Source: Takakia lepidozioides
Lineage: Eukaryota > Plantae > Bryophyta
DNA length: 64,000 nucleotides
NCBI GenBank assembly: GCA_030704615.1
Contig: CM060734.1
Location: forward strand, 7,192,001 to 7,256,000
Direction: 5' to 3'
Shown here: one piece after another, positions 13,088 to 25,644 of the stretch
Numbering within the stretch: the first letter of the stretch is position 1
How the letters are laid out: the number at the start of each line of letters is the position of its first letter
Translations under genes and position numbers: made by a program
The notes under the pieces: generated by a model
What the model was told of the DNA's origin: nothing
The model's database searches: none
What the model saw: the letters and a program-made list of their open reading frames with translations, nothing else

Positions 13088-13990
13088 CATGGCACATATT
13101 CCAGGACCTCCAGAGGTACCCATCGTGGTTCCAGCAGGTTTGGCTCCGCTAACGCTACCTAGGCATTTGCCTTGGTTCTCCAGAGAGATACATGAAAACC
13201 CGGAATATCATGTGAAAAAAATTATTCAATATTTTTATTCTAACCAAGCACTAAACGATGTTTACTGGCTGATTTGATTTCCCACAACCATGAGGGGAAG
13301 AGCATCCACTTGGTACTGGCAACAGGAACCGGGTACTTTTGTCACTTGGGTATAAATTTGTGACGCATTTTTGGATCATTTCCAAGCGGTGCACCAATTC
13401 ACAAATGTCCTGATGGCGCTAGCACGAATCCGTTAAGGCCCTACGGAGGAGGTATCGGACTTTGAGATGAGATTTTGGGAGTTGATGCGACTCCAGAATC
13501 CCTTGACCCCCTTAGACAATGGGGTGCTCAAGGGTTGATTTTTTAGTGGCTTACAAGAGGCTACTCATTTCCATGTTTTGTAGCAGAGACCTGCAACCTT
13601 GGCAAATGTCATACATGTCAGAAAGGAATTCGACAACATGCACCGGCAAGTGCAACTTTTGCGCAGCTCATTGCGATGGCGCCAACAATTCGGCATGCCC
13701 TTAAGGCTTCACTGGTGAGGAAACGAGTAGGAAGTTCCGCTCAAGCCCACCACATCAATGCCCATGTCGACCCAGGACTGGTCAAGATAGAGGTAGAAAT
13801 AGTGGATTGCTTCATACGCCGCTGCTTGTTGGACGATGGAAGTTCGGTAAACATCATGCCCCCATCTACTTTGTCCAAATAAGGGTTAGACATGACTGAC
13901 AAATCCCCTTTGACTATTAGATTGGCTGATCAACGGAAGATCTGGCCAGTGGGTCACATAGTGAATGTCAAAATGAAAACATGAGGCTAC
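13088..13990 (+). mobile_element. Degenerate Gypsy gag-protease relic
   Basis: LPWFSREIHENPEYHV...FPTTMRGRASTWYW...DAFLDHF (gag capsid) and CLLDDGSSVNIMP (aspartic protease), with many stops. Confidence 0.8.
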
Positions 13991-13999
13991 ACGTACGCG

Positions 14000-14830
14000 G
14001 TGGACTCTTCGGGGTTTCAAGTGATGAAGAGCTGGAACGTCGTGAACAAGTTATACCTCACGAAGGGGGGCTGTCCAGGGCAGATGGTTCATGTGCCTAA
14101 ACTCAGTGTAGGGTCTTCTGCGAAGTGCCTATGTTATGGTCATTTTCCTCATTATTTTCCTCTCCTTGGTTTCATATGTTCTCGGAAAATGCTGGAATAA
14201 TAGTTCTTGCCATAGATTGGGCTTGTCTTGTGATTTCAATCTGTTTTCCATATTGTGTGCAGACACGGATGTATGAGGCCATCTGCCTCAGCAGAGTACG
14301 CCTCCCCTCTACTCCATCGTTTGTTTGCACCTTTCAGATCTTTGACAAGGGGTGTTTTATAGACCCCACTTGTGAGCCGCATGTCGATGACATGCTCTTC
14401 AACTACATGGATTCCAGCCAGACAATGAGGAGAGCTAATGGCAATCCATGGAGAGGTGCCCGAGAGAGAACCCCTGCTTTGATGCAAACTCTTGTAGAGA
14501 CTTGCAGCTGCATGGAGCTCGGGTGGTCGACCTTTCACTCTCTATAGGTCCCTTCTCATCCTGAGCCCACGGCTACTCACATGAATGGTACTTGTTTTCA
14601 AGGAGCATCATGCTGACAATTGTTTTTCATTGTGTCAGGTGCCACATACCATGCCTGCAAGGCTGGAGGGAGGAGCCTTTTTGGCATGAAGGGAGACGCG
14701 GACCTATTTAACGGTGTGCTTGTCCCACTTCAGTCTGGCTCCTCTTTCGGAACACAAACAGAGGTTATCCAGTTACAGCATGAAGGGGAATCTGACAACA
14801 AGGAGGTGGAAAATGACTTTTCATGTAAGT
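14000..14830 (+). pseudogene. DNA amino-methyltransferase-like gene fragment, copy 1 (C-terminal half)
   Basis: Exons ~14000-14086, 14263-14547 and 14639 onward: PWRGARERTPALMQTLVETCS..HGARVVDLSLSIG|ATYHACKAGGRSLFGMKGDADLF, matching motifs X-I-II of beta-class MTases. Confidence 0.7.
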
Positions 14831-15879
14831 CTTCCTTGAACCAAACGTTTGTGTCTGCGTGGCTCTTTCAACAACCAGGAATATTGCATGACTTCTCATT
14901 CCTTGTCATCCCTTTCAGGAAAGGCTGGTGTTCAGAAACATCAAGAGGGCCGGTGTTTTGGATGGAATCGACTCTCCACAGTACCCCCCCCCCCCCACCT
15001 TTCCGCTTGCCCGTGTACGCTGAGGCAATGGCAGTTCATATGTCAAAAGTTCCATCACCCACTCCGCAAGCAGTCCAGCCGCAGGGATAAACGTCGCAGT
15101 GCGGGGGCTTTGAGTAACTTCGACCTGTTTGCATCCGAGGCCGGTTCCTCTTCTAGTGATGTTGAGACAGATTCTACTTCCTTTGCCTCTCTCTCTCTCT
15201 CCATCCCTTTCATGAGCATAAGAGATACTTTCAACTCTTTCAAGCACGATAAATTAATTTCTGATTGTTGCACATTTTGCCACTGTCAAGTACGTGCAGT
15301 GTATTCCCAGCATGCTCTTGAGCTCTGTTCGTGTTATTGTCCAGGGCCAGTCAATGCAGTCATGCGTGTTGTGGACTTTCAAATGTGCACGGAAATGGTC
15401 CTCAAAGTGAAATGAAACTCTTGCACTCAGTTGAAATCCTCAACTATTAGGAGGCTTGTCGCATCTGTTCATGCTTCATTCAAACTGTCACTCGGAAAAT
15501 ATACAGCGGTAAAGGGGAAAATTGATGATTCGAATGGAGAAAAAAAAACCTCTTGGAGGAAATTAATCCACACTTCACACAATTCTGAATGAAATACTAC
15601 AAGAAATGATATATATATATATATATATATATAATTCATAAATAAACTACTACATGGAAAATGAATAAAATTGCTCTGATTGGCTTTTGAGCATTGCGTG
15701 CCACCCTGTGTTCCCTTTGACAGGGCCATGGACAAATGACATGACATAACACAGCTGACCAAAAAGGAAAGAAAAAAAAAAAAACCACGGAAATAGGGGT
15801 CTGGCGTCGAAATGGGCGGGGAACCGCGGAATTAGGCCCAACATGTTGTGCTGCCAACACAAGGCTGAGCTGTATTCAC

Positions 15880-16540
15880 AAGCTCATGTGAGCCTGCTTG
15901 GGCTCACAGGCTCATGGGGCAGGCTCACGATATAGACCGCCAAGTACTCCCAACGGTGTCTGCCACGTCGGCGGCGGCGACCGTCTTTCAGCGGTCGCCC
16001 GACCCCGCCCCCTCCCCGCAAGGCCACCGGCAGAAGGCAGAAGCCCCGCCCCCCCCCTGGCGACCGTTTGTGGCGGTTGCCCAACCCGCCACAAACCCTT
16101 GCGGGCGACCGAACTGGGCTTGGGCGCCCAAGCCCTAGCCCCAACACACCCCCCTCCCCTCCCGCCCTAGGCAAAGGCATCGCCAAGCGACCGGTGGGGG
16201 CGGTCGCCCCACCCGCAAGCCAACCCGTCGCAAATATAGGCGGCGACCGCCCATAGCGGTCGCCCGGCCGGGCACCTCGCCTCATCCCCCTCCTGCTAGG
16301 TGACCACCAATACGATCGCCCTGGGCAACAAAAAGAGAAAAAAATTCGGGACCGCCAGCATTGGCGGTCCCAAGAACGGGCGGTCGTCCGCCACGCCTCC
16401 CCGGTCGCCGAGAGATTTTTTATTTTTTATTTTTTATTTATTAATAAACAAACTTAGTACCTGCGGTCCGGATTTTCTATTAAGAAATTGAAACGGGTTT
16501 AGGGTTTAGAGTTTGGGGTTTAACCGTGTACCCTAAACCC
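15880..16540. repeat. GC-rich GGCGACC/GGTCGCC motif cluster ending in inverted telomere-like motifs (probable DNA-transposon subterminal region)
   Basis: Repeated ggcgacc/ggtcgcc in both orientations. gggtttagggtttagagtttggggttt...accctaaaccc at ~16495-16540. Confidence 0.45.
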
Positions 16541-18225
16541 TTTCAACCAATTTTCATAGACCTGATAATTGACAGGTACTTGTGAGAAGGTATGTCTATG
16601 TCCAACACACTCGCAAAAATTGAAAGCAATCCAAAATCATTTGAACATCGAACGATGGGTTCACCCTTTGAATCAATTTTGATTCACCTGATACTTGAGA
16701 GGAGCCTGTGACAAGGTATGTCCAACACAGTTGCAAAGATTGAAAGCAATCACAAATTCATTTCACTAGGGAACAATGAGTTCACCCTCTGAACCAATTT
16801 TGATTGACCTCATACTCAACAGGTACCTCTGACAAGGTATGTCCAACACACTCGGAAACATTGAAAGCAATGAAAAATCATTTCACCAGGGAACGATGAG
16901 TTCACCCTCCGAACCAATTTTGATTGACCTGATACTCAAACGATGGGTTCACCCTTTCAATCAATTTTGATTGACCTGATACTCAAACGATGGGTTCACC
17001 CTTTCAATCAATTTTGATTGACCTGATACTCGACAAGTCCCTCTGATAAGGTATGTCGAACACACTCGCAATGTTTAAAAGCAATCCAAAAACATTTCAC
17101 CAAGGAACGATGAGCTCACCCTCTGAACCAATTTTGGTTGACCTGATACTTGAGAGGAGCTTGTGACAAGGTATGTCCAACACACTCGCAAAGATTGGAA
17201 GCAATCAAAAATCATTTGAACAGCGAACGATGGGTTCACCCTTTGAATCAATTTCGATTGACCTGATACTCGACACGTACCTCTGACAAGGTATGTCCAA
17301 CACACTCGCAATGTTTGAAAGCAATAAAAAATCATTTGATCAGCAAACAATGGGTTCACCCTTTCAATCAATTTTGATTGACCTGATACTCGACATGTAC
17401 CTCTGACAAGGTATGTCCAACACACTCGCAATGTTTGAAAATAATAAAAAATCATTTGAACAGCGAACGATGGGTTCACCATCAATTTTGATTGACTTCA
17501 TACTTGAGAGGAGCATGTGACAAGGTATGTCCAACACACTCGCAAAGATTGGAAGCAATCAAAAATCATTTGAACAGCGAACGATGGGTTCACCCTTTCA
17601 ATCAATTTCGATTGGCCTGATACTCGACACGTACCTCTGACAAGGTATGTGCAACACACACGCAATGTTTGAAAGCAATCAAAAATCATTTGATCAGTGA
17701 ACGATGGGTTCACCCTTTCAATCAATTTCGATTGACCTGATACTCGACATGTACCTCTGACAAGGTATGTCCAACACACTCGCAATGTTTGAAAGCAATC
17801 AAAAATCATTTGAACATCGAACAATGGGTTCACCCTTTCAATCAATTTTGATTGATTTCATACTTGAGAGGAGCATGTGACAAGGTATGTCCAACACACT
17901 CACTAAGATTGAAAGCAATCACAAATTCATTTGAACATCGAACGATGGGTTCACCCTTTCAATCAATTTTAATATTCCTGATACTCAACACGTACCTCTA
18001 ACAAGGTAAATCCAACACACTCGCAATGTTTGAAAGCAATAAAAAATCATTTGAACATCCAACGATGGGTTCACCCTTTCAATCAAATTTTGATTGACTT
18101 CATACTTGAGAGGAGCATGTGACAAGGTATGTCCAACACACTCGCAAAGATTGAAAGCAATCAAAAATTCATTTGAACATCGAACGATGGGTTCACCCTT
18201 TCAAACAATTTTGATTGACCTGATA
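16540..18225. repeat. Tandem repeat, ~120-bp unit, ~14 copies
   Basis: Unit ttcaccctttcaatcaattttgattgacctgatact...gacaaggtatgtccaacacactcgcaa...aacgatggg recurs at e.g. 17224, 17344, 17464, 17698 and 17818. Confidence 0.95.
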
Positions 18226-18229
18226 TCGA

Positions 18230-21168
18230 CGCAGGCAAACACGGCAGTAGGTCATTTGCCAGTGCGGGAAATGGAAGGGCCTGCCGCCATCGCGCAAGAA
18301 AAAACAAAATGCACGCGGATCGTGATGCTCGAGCACTCAGCTCAGCCGCCATCGCCATCCTCCAGAGAAAACAAGCACGAGTATCGTGCCGTGCTTAGGG
18401 CAGAGAGGCGGTTAGCAAACCATCCCGGGATGAAATTTTGCACTTCATTAGAGTTACATCCTCTTAGGTTTACATCCGTTAGGGTAACATCCATGATGGA
18501 TGTAATCCATCATGGATGAAAAATTGCAGGCTACATCCTTAGTGGTAAAGCTCAAGACAATAATTCATCCAGTTAGGGATTATACCTGGCATATTTTTCA
18601 TCCGGTATGGATGAAATTCAAAACATATTCCATTAGGGATTAGAAAGAAGGTATTTCCAAACCAGGTGGGCTTAGGAAATTTTTTGTTAATCCCAAACAG
18701 ATAATTGGAGAGAGGGAGAGAGAGGGAGAGAGGGGGCGCCCACCATCCAACCCCTGGTATGGCAATCCCTTATGGAGTGAGTGTGGTATGCACTCACCCC
18801 GTAAGGGAGTGCATACCAGACCCATTCTCATAAGGCTCTCCCTCTACAATGTAGTTCTATCCTTGGACTTGAATACCAAAAAGATAAAAGGTCTACATTC
18901 TCGCTGCCCTCAGATCACGAGTGAACATTGGCATAGCATAAATCAAACTTGGCAAGAATATAGAGTCATGCGTTTTCCATGTTACCTCTTATCTTGTCAA
19001 CAAGCTCTTGTAAAGAAGCAGAGACCAAGGAAGGATCTCGGTGCGATGTAGTTTTATCTTTGGTTAAAAATCTACAGTCTGTGCTTCCCAAGTCAAGAGA
19101 AAATATGGACAAGACATTCATATAGCTGGGCACGCAAGAGTTCAGAAATTACAAGTGTTCTTCAACCGATGGCAGTAAATTACTGCACATTTTTCCACCA
19201 TATCAGCCAACTTTATGGTTAGAACCGTTTTTCCAAAGGTATGAATAAGAACTTGTGCTCTTCAGCCAGTGGCAGTAGTCTACTGCTCGTGATTCACAAC
19301 ATGAACATGTGAATAAGAGCATTGGCAGCAATCTGTTGCCCATCTTTTCACCATATCAGCCAGCTTTATGGTTTTAAAACCAGATTTCCTTAAGGTATGA
19401 AAAAAGGACATATCACGTTACACCTGGGCATTTTTTTAGTGGTGCTATAAAGAGCAAACCCACATCCAAGAGAAGTATTAAAGCCCACGAGTAGGGAAGG
19501 CTTTTCATCATAAGGGATCTGATGCTGACATAAGGCATCAACTACAGGTTACCAGTTAACACGAGGAATGTGCATTGACCGGATCATGTAGAAGGTGTAC
19601 ACACATACTCTAACAGGCTGTTTTACCCGGGCCTAGCTCATAATATCAGTATGCAAGAAACCCTTAGATGTTCTTCAAGTAATATCAGCAATGTCTTTCT
19701 CTCGTTGTCCAATCCGCCAACAAATTTTTGTTGGAGAGGATCATCATACCTTATGAGGGATTTGTTGCTCCACACTACTGTCATGGAGGTATAGGGGGCT
19801 GATACCCCGTGGCTTTCCTAGACCTCTGCAAAAGCCATTAAAGGTGTTAGTACATCATAGTAAGAAAACTGGAAAATGGTAGGTGAGAGAGAGAGAGCGT
19901 GTGTACAGAAACCACTAAGTACGCTGGTCAAGAATAGAGAGGGAAGATACTATGTCTTGTCGGGACATGGACAAGACCAAACAAGGTCTTTGTCAAATTA
20001 ACGACAAATCAGCCTCATAACAAGGCACTATCTAACTTCACCTTCCATAGGCAGTATCTTACCTGATAAAAACCCATGTCATCTTCCTGAGAACACATGA
20101 AAAATTAGGGTGGGAGGGTGGGATTTCCAAGACAACCATCACCCTAGATTCAGATGTCATTCATCGTTGAAGGAGTCTTGTTTTTCTTATAAAACAATCG
20201 GGACCAACACCACCTTTGGTACATACCAGATCAGCATAAACACTTGAGCCTTTAAGAATGAGTTGCAGGTGTTGCAATTCCAAGAGCCCAGACCAGCCAG
20301 CATGCTATGTCTATGTTCCATGAATGCACAAAGGTCTGGATCTGGTTTTCCAATCATCTCTCCAAAACTCAATCAGAGTGGAGTGCTACAATGAGCATAA
20401 TCAGAACTTTATAGACAACACCAGCTCAAAGGGTATTCCAAAAGGCTAGTTTGATAAGTTAAACCAGCCCCTATGTATTTTGAAAAAGCCCAACAAGACC
20501 ACTGCTTGGTATTCTTCCAAGTCAAGTACAGCTTGGTACTTTCCAAGTTAACATAGTAAAACTGAACCTGTTTCAAATTCAAAGGATGGTTCCAATGGCA
20601 TCGCTTAAAACAGGTGTTATGTAATCTGAAAAGCCCATCACGCCAGCTGCTTGGTAATCTCTAAGTTAAAACAGTGTAACCATGGCTGTTTTAAATTTAG
20701 AACTCTGACCTCAATGTTCAAAAAGTACCGCTTGGTACTTACCGTGTTAAATCAGCATAAGAAGGCCTATCTTAAGCATCATTGGATAGCCTTATAAGGT
20801 CTGGAGATGGTACTCCAGCACCATATCAAAATGCAGCCGAAGCTCAGACTGGTATCATGCCAGAAAACTGATTTACAATCAGGTCGAAAACCCCACTAAT
20901 ATGGTGCCAAAGTTCAGACCGGTATCATACCAGAAAACTGACTTATAATCAGGTTACAACCCATAAAAACCAAAACGGATTAAGGTCGAGAGGCCGAATC
21001 GTATCAGATGCCCCACTGAAGCAGTATGTAACGTCAATCGTCACCATCACCAAGTCCTTTGATCATCTGCAAACTGAAAAAATACACATCAAGTGAAGAC
21101 CCTCACCTGTGCCCGTCCCAAAAACCACCACATCAAGATGTGTGTTAGTGAGGATGCACGAGGTGAGT
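18230..21168 (-). repeat. Inverted copy of a ~3-kb non-coding repeat
   Basis: 18230-20135 is the reverse complement of 21171-22817. 18910-21168 is the reverse complement of 23081-23841 joined to 36819-38328. The same ORF translations appear on opposite strands (18788+/22058-, 20187-/36868+). Confidence 0.9.
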
Positions 21169-21170
21169 GC

Positions 21171-23841
21171 TGTCTTGGAAATCCCACCCTCCCACCCTAA
21201 TTTTTCATGTGTTTTCAGGAAGATGACATGAGTTTTTATCAGGTAAGATACTGCCTATGGAAGGTGAAGTTAGATAGTGCCTTGTTATGAGGCTGATTTG
21301 TTGTTAATTTGACAAAGACCTTGTTTGGTCTTGTCCATGTCCCGACAAAGACATAGTATCTTCCCTCTCTATTCTTGACCAGTGTACTTAGTGGTTTCTG
21401 TACACACGCTCTCTCTCTCTCTCACCTGCCATTTTCCAGTTTTCTTACTATGATGTACTAACACCTTTAATGGCTTTTGCAGAGGTCTAGGAAAGCCACG
21501 GGGTATCAGCCCCCTATACCTCCATAACAATAGTGTGGAGCAACACATCCCTCATAAGGTATGATGATCCTCTCCAACAAAAATTTGTTGGCGGATTGGA
21601 CAACGAGAGAAAGACATTGCTGATATTACTTGAAGAACATCTAAGGGTTTCTTGCATACTGATATTATGAGCTAGGCCCGGGTAAAACAGCCTGTTAGAG
21701 TATGTGTGTACACCTTCTACATGATCCGGTCAATGCACATTCCTCGTGTTAACTGGTAACCTGTAGTTGATGCCTTATGTCAGCATCAGATCCCAGCAGA
21801 CTACTGCCACTGGCTGAAGAACACAAGTTCTTATTCATACCTTTGGAAAAACGGTTCTAACCATAAAGTTGGCTGATATGGTGGAAAAATGTGCAGTCAT
21901 TTACTGCCATCGGTTGAAGAACACCTGTAATTTCCGAACTCTTGCGTGCCCAGCTATATGAATGTTTGGTCCATATTTTCTCTTGACTTGGGAAGCAGAG
22001 ACTGTAGCTTTTTAACCAAAGATAAAACTACATCGCACCGAGATCCTTCCTTGGTCTCTACTTCTTTACAAGAGCTCGTTGACAAGATAAGAGGTAACAT
22101 GGAAAACGCATGACTCTATATTCTTGCCAAGTTTGATTTATGCTATGCCAATGTTCACTCGTGATCTGAGGGCAGCGAGAATGTAGACCTTTTATCTTTT
22201 TGGTATTCAAGTCCAAGGATAGAATTACATTGTCGAGGGAGAGCCTTATGAGAATGAGTATGGTATGCACTTCCTTACGGGGTGAGTGCATACCACACTC
22301 ACTCCATAAGGGATTGCCATACCAGGGGTTGGATGGTGGGCGCCCCCTCTCTCCCTCTCTCTCCCTCTCTCCAATATCTGTTTGGGATTAACAAAAAAAT
22401 TCCTAAGCCCACCTGGTTTGGAAATACCTTCTTTCTAATCCCTAATGGAATATGTTTTGAATTTCATCCATACTGGATGAAAAATATGCCAAGTATATTC
22501 CCTAACTGGATGAATTATTGTCTTGAGCTTTACCACTAAGGATGTAGCCTACGACGGATTACATCCATCCTGGATGTTACCCTAACGGATGTAACTCTAA
22601 TGAAGTGCAAAATTTCTTCCCGGGATGGTTTGCTAACCGCCTCTCTGCCCTAAGCACGGCACGATACTCGTGCTTGTTTTTCTCTGGAGGATGGCGATGG
22701 CGGCTGAGCTGAGTGCTCGAGCATCACGATCCGCGTGCATTTTGTTTTTTCTTGCACGATGGCGGCAGGCCCTTCCATTTCCCGCACTGGCAAATGACCT
22801 ACTGCCGTGTTTGCTTGCAATCTTTCTTATTCATGAAGCAACAGCGCTCATAAGGTGATGGGGGAAGTATCATGCACTTTGTAAATATGCAATTTGTCCT
22901 CAAGTATCCCAATTTGTTGCATTCTGCTGTGATCTCTTCAGATTCAGGTGTTGAATGCCGCAGCGTCCCACTCCACAAACGATTAAAGTTCTTTGTGGTG
23001 TCCATCTATGTTTTACTTTTGATCAATTTGCTCGCTGTAGAATGCATGTTGGACATGGATAGCAACTATGAAGACCTGTTACTCACCTCGTGCATTCTCA
23101 CTAACACACATCTTGATGTGGTGGTTTTTGGGACGGGCACAGGTGAGGGTCTTCACTTGATGTGTATTTTTTCAGTTTGCAGATGATCAAAGGACTTGGT
23201 GATGGTGACGATTGACGTTACATACTGCTTCAGTGGGGCATCTGATACGATTCGGCCTCTCAACCTTAATCCGTTTTGGTTTTTATGGGTTGTAACCTGA
23301 TCATAAGTCAGTTTTCTAGTATGATACCAGTCTGAACTTTGGCACCATATTAGTGGGGTTTTCGACCTGATTGTAAATCAGTTTTCTGGCATGATACCAG
23401 TCTGAGCTTCGGCTGCATTTTGATACGGTGCTGGAGTACCATCTCCAGACCTTATAAGGCTATCCAATGATGCTTAAGATAGGCCTTCTTATGCTGATTT
23501 AACACGGTAAGTACCAAGCGGTACTTTTTGAACATTGAGGTCAGAGTTTTAAATTTAAAACAGCCCTGGTTACACTGTTTTAACTTAGAGATTACCAAGC
23601 AGCTGGCGTGATGGGCTTTTCAGATTACATAACACCTGTTTTATGGTTGCCAAGCGATGCCATTGGAACCATCCTTTGAATTTGAAACAGGTTCAGTTTT
23701 ACTATGTTAACTTGGAAAGTACCAAGCTGTACTTGACTTGGAAGAATACCAAGCAGTGGTCTTGTTGGGCTTTTTCAAAATACATAGGGGCTGGTTTAAC
23801 TTATCAAACTAGCCTTTTGGAATACCCTTTGAGCTGGTGTT
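21171..23841 (+). repeat. Direct-orientation copy of the ~3-kb repeat (continues after the Gypsy insertion)
   Basis: 21171-22167 matches 37106-38328 apart from a ~230-bp deletion at ~21794. Confidence 0.85.
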
Positions 23842-24863
23842 TGTTGGAGGACTGTCTGGGACTTAGACACTTTTACTAGATCTGTGGGGTACCCTTAATT
23901 TTTGCACAGCCTGAGACCAACAGGAGCCTTAGGGGTGACAGCAATGCACTTTAGGGGGGGTTATACAGCCCGTCACAGCCAACACAGCCCGTCACAGTCC
24001 GACACAGCTCGTCACAGCCAACACAGCCCGTCACAGTCCAACACAGCCAGTCACAGCCAACACAGCCCGTCACAGCTTTGCACAGCCGACACAGCCCGAC
24101 ACAGCCCAACACAGTCGCACAGCCAGTCATAGCCCGACACAACCGGTCACAGTTTCACACAACCAGTCACAGCTTGACACAGTTGTCACGACCATAGGGA
24201 ACGGATAGCAGGACAGGGAACGACTGTGGGGAACAACACCTGCGAATGGAACATGTTAGTTCATGGATGACGGTTAGTGAGGGAAACGGTTAGAACAACG
24301 GGTAGGAAGATAAAGCTAGGAGCAAGGACTGGAAAAGGATGAATTCTTGGATCACTTCTTGGGGGAACCGCTGCTGGGGGAGGGACTTCGGACATCATTG
24401 GGAGAAATGAGGCAGAGAGCGTATCTCTGAGCAGAAAGAGGGAGAGCACGGAGTAGGAGGAGGACGATCTGTTGATGCTTAATGAATGCAGGCAGTAGAA
24501 TTGTAATGTAGAGCAGATTAGAGACTCCATGGCTTCAGCCTGATACTTGATAGATATTAATCTGATACACACTTCATACTCACACTATGTAGAGAGATCT
24601 GAGTGAAGCTGTGGAATGAATGGATGAGTTGATGGAATCCGATAGATTGATGAAGCAAACTGATACTTAATTACCAACAGTAAGATAATTAGCTAACATG
24701 AATGTGAGAAGGAAAACAAATAGGAAACACCCCCATGATACACTAGCTGTAGGTCATGACTGAATGTTCTGAGCGGGCTGAGTACTTAGAGATTTCCAAC
24801 TCTTCTATCTTGGAGTTTCCGCCTCGGATAGCGAAGGGATGGGTGAGTAAAAGCCGCGCGACA
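23842..24863 (+). repeat. 5' LTR
   Basis: tgttggaggactgtc...aagccgcgcgaca. Contains an ACAGCC-based minisatellite at ~23964-24190. Confidence 0.95.
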
Positions 24864-25451
24864 TTTAGCGACCATACTGGGGAACTGGGTCATGAACAAC
24901 CAGATGTGACAGGCATCTGGTGGGATCATGGTGGTTGGAGAATTAAAGAATTTGATGTGAATCAAATTCCTTGTGAAACTGAGAAGAAAAGATTGTCCAA
25001 ACGATTCTTCCAGAGGTTTTTGGAATTGCCAGACGGTTGTAAAGAAAACATTTTGAAGAGAGTGCATGATGCTGACCCTGAGTGGGGTCTGGAGAAAGGA
25101 GTGATAAAGATTTATCAGGTGGCCTGTAGAGGAAGAGCACGTTGGTTACCAACATTGGTTTATGTGATAGCATTGCTATCCATTAAGCGAGTAGAGTTTG
25201 AAGGCTGGGAGGAAAGAAAAGTGAATGTTTATACTCATATGCATGAAGAGCTTGTACTGGTAAAGAATTGGATTCCAAAGGATATTTTGTGGATCAAACT
25301 CACACCAAGAACAGCTCTCCAGACTTGTTTGCCATATGGTTATATGGTAACGGAGACTTCAAGTATAGCCAAGGGTGCATTGAAGCTTGAAAGAAACCCA
25401 GGCATATACGAGAGATATTACAGAAGAGAGTTTTGGTTAGTGCCACATTAA
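24756..25451 (+). CDS. Retrotransposon extra ORF upstream of gag, unknown function
   Basis: Uninterrupted 231-codon frame starting in U5 and crossing the PBS. The true start may be downstream. Confidence 0.5.
   Translation: MTECSERAEYLEISNSSILEFPPRIAKGWVSKSRATFSDHTGELGHEQPDVTGIWWDHGGWRIKEFDVNQIPCETEKKRLSKRFFQRFLELPDGCKENILKRVHDADPEWGLEKGVIKIYQVACRGRARWLPTLVYVIALLSIKRVEFEGWEERKVNVYTHMHEELVLVKNWIPKDILWIKLTPRTALQTCLPYGYMVTETSSIAKGALKLERNPGIYERYYRREFWLVPH
24865..24883 (+). promoter_or_regulatory. Primer-binding site (degenerate, tRNA-Arg-like)
   Basis: ttagcgaccatactgggga immediately after the 5' LTR, resembling the TGGCGAC...CTGGGGA Arg-type PBS. Confidence 0.6.
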
Positions 25452-25644
25452 AAAGAAATGAAAGACATGGGACATGAGTGATGAAAGAGAAGCTAGACGC
25501 CAGAGATATTCAGCAAAAAGATAAAGCTATCTGAAAGCTAATTATCCATATCTTTGGGAGAGAGGAATAGACATAGGGGAATCATCTGGACCTCTCACAC
25601 CATTAAGATCAGAGAGTACATCACCCATACCGAAAGAACTAGAG

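Noticed and set aside
16540-18225. Cys-rich repeat protein ORFs (17075-17845, minus strand) or CRISPR
   Set aside because: These are translations of a non-coding tandem repeat with no unique spacers.
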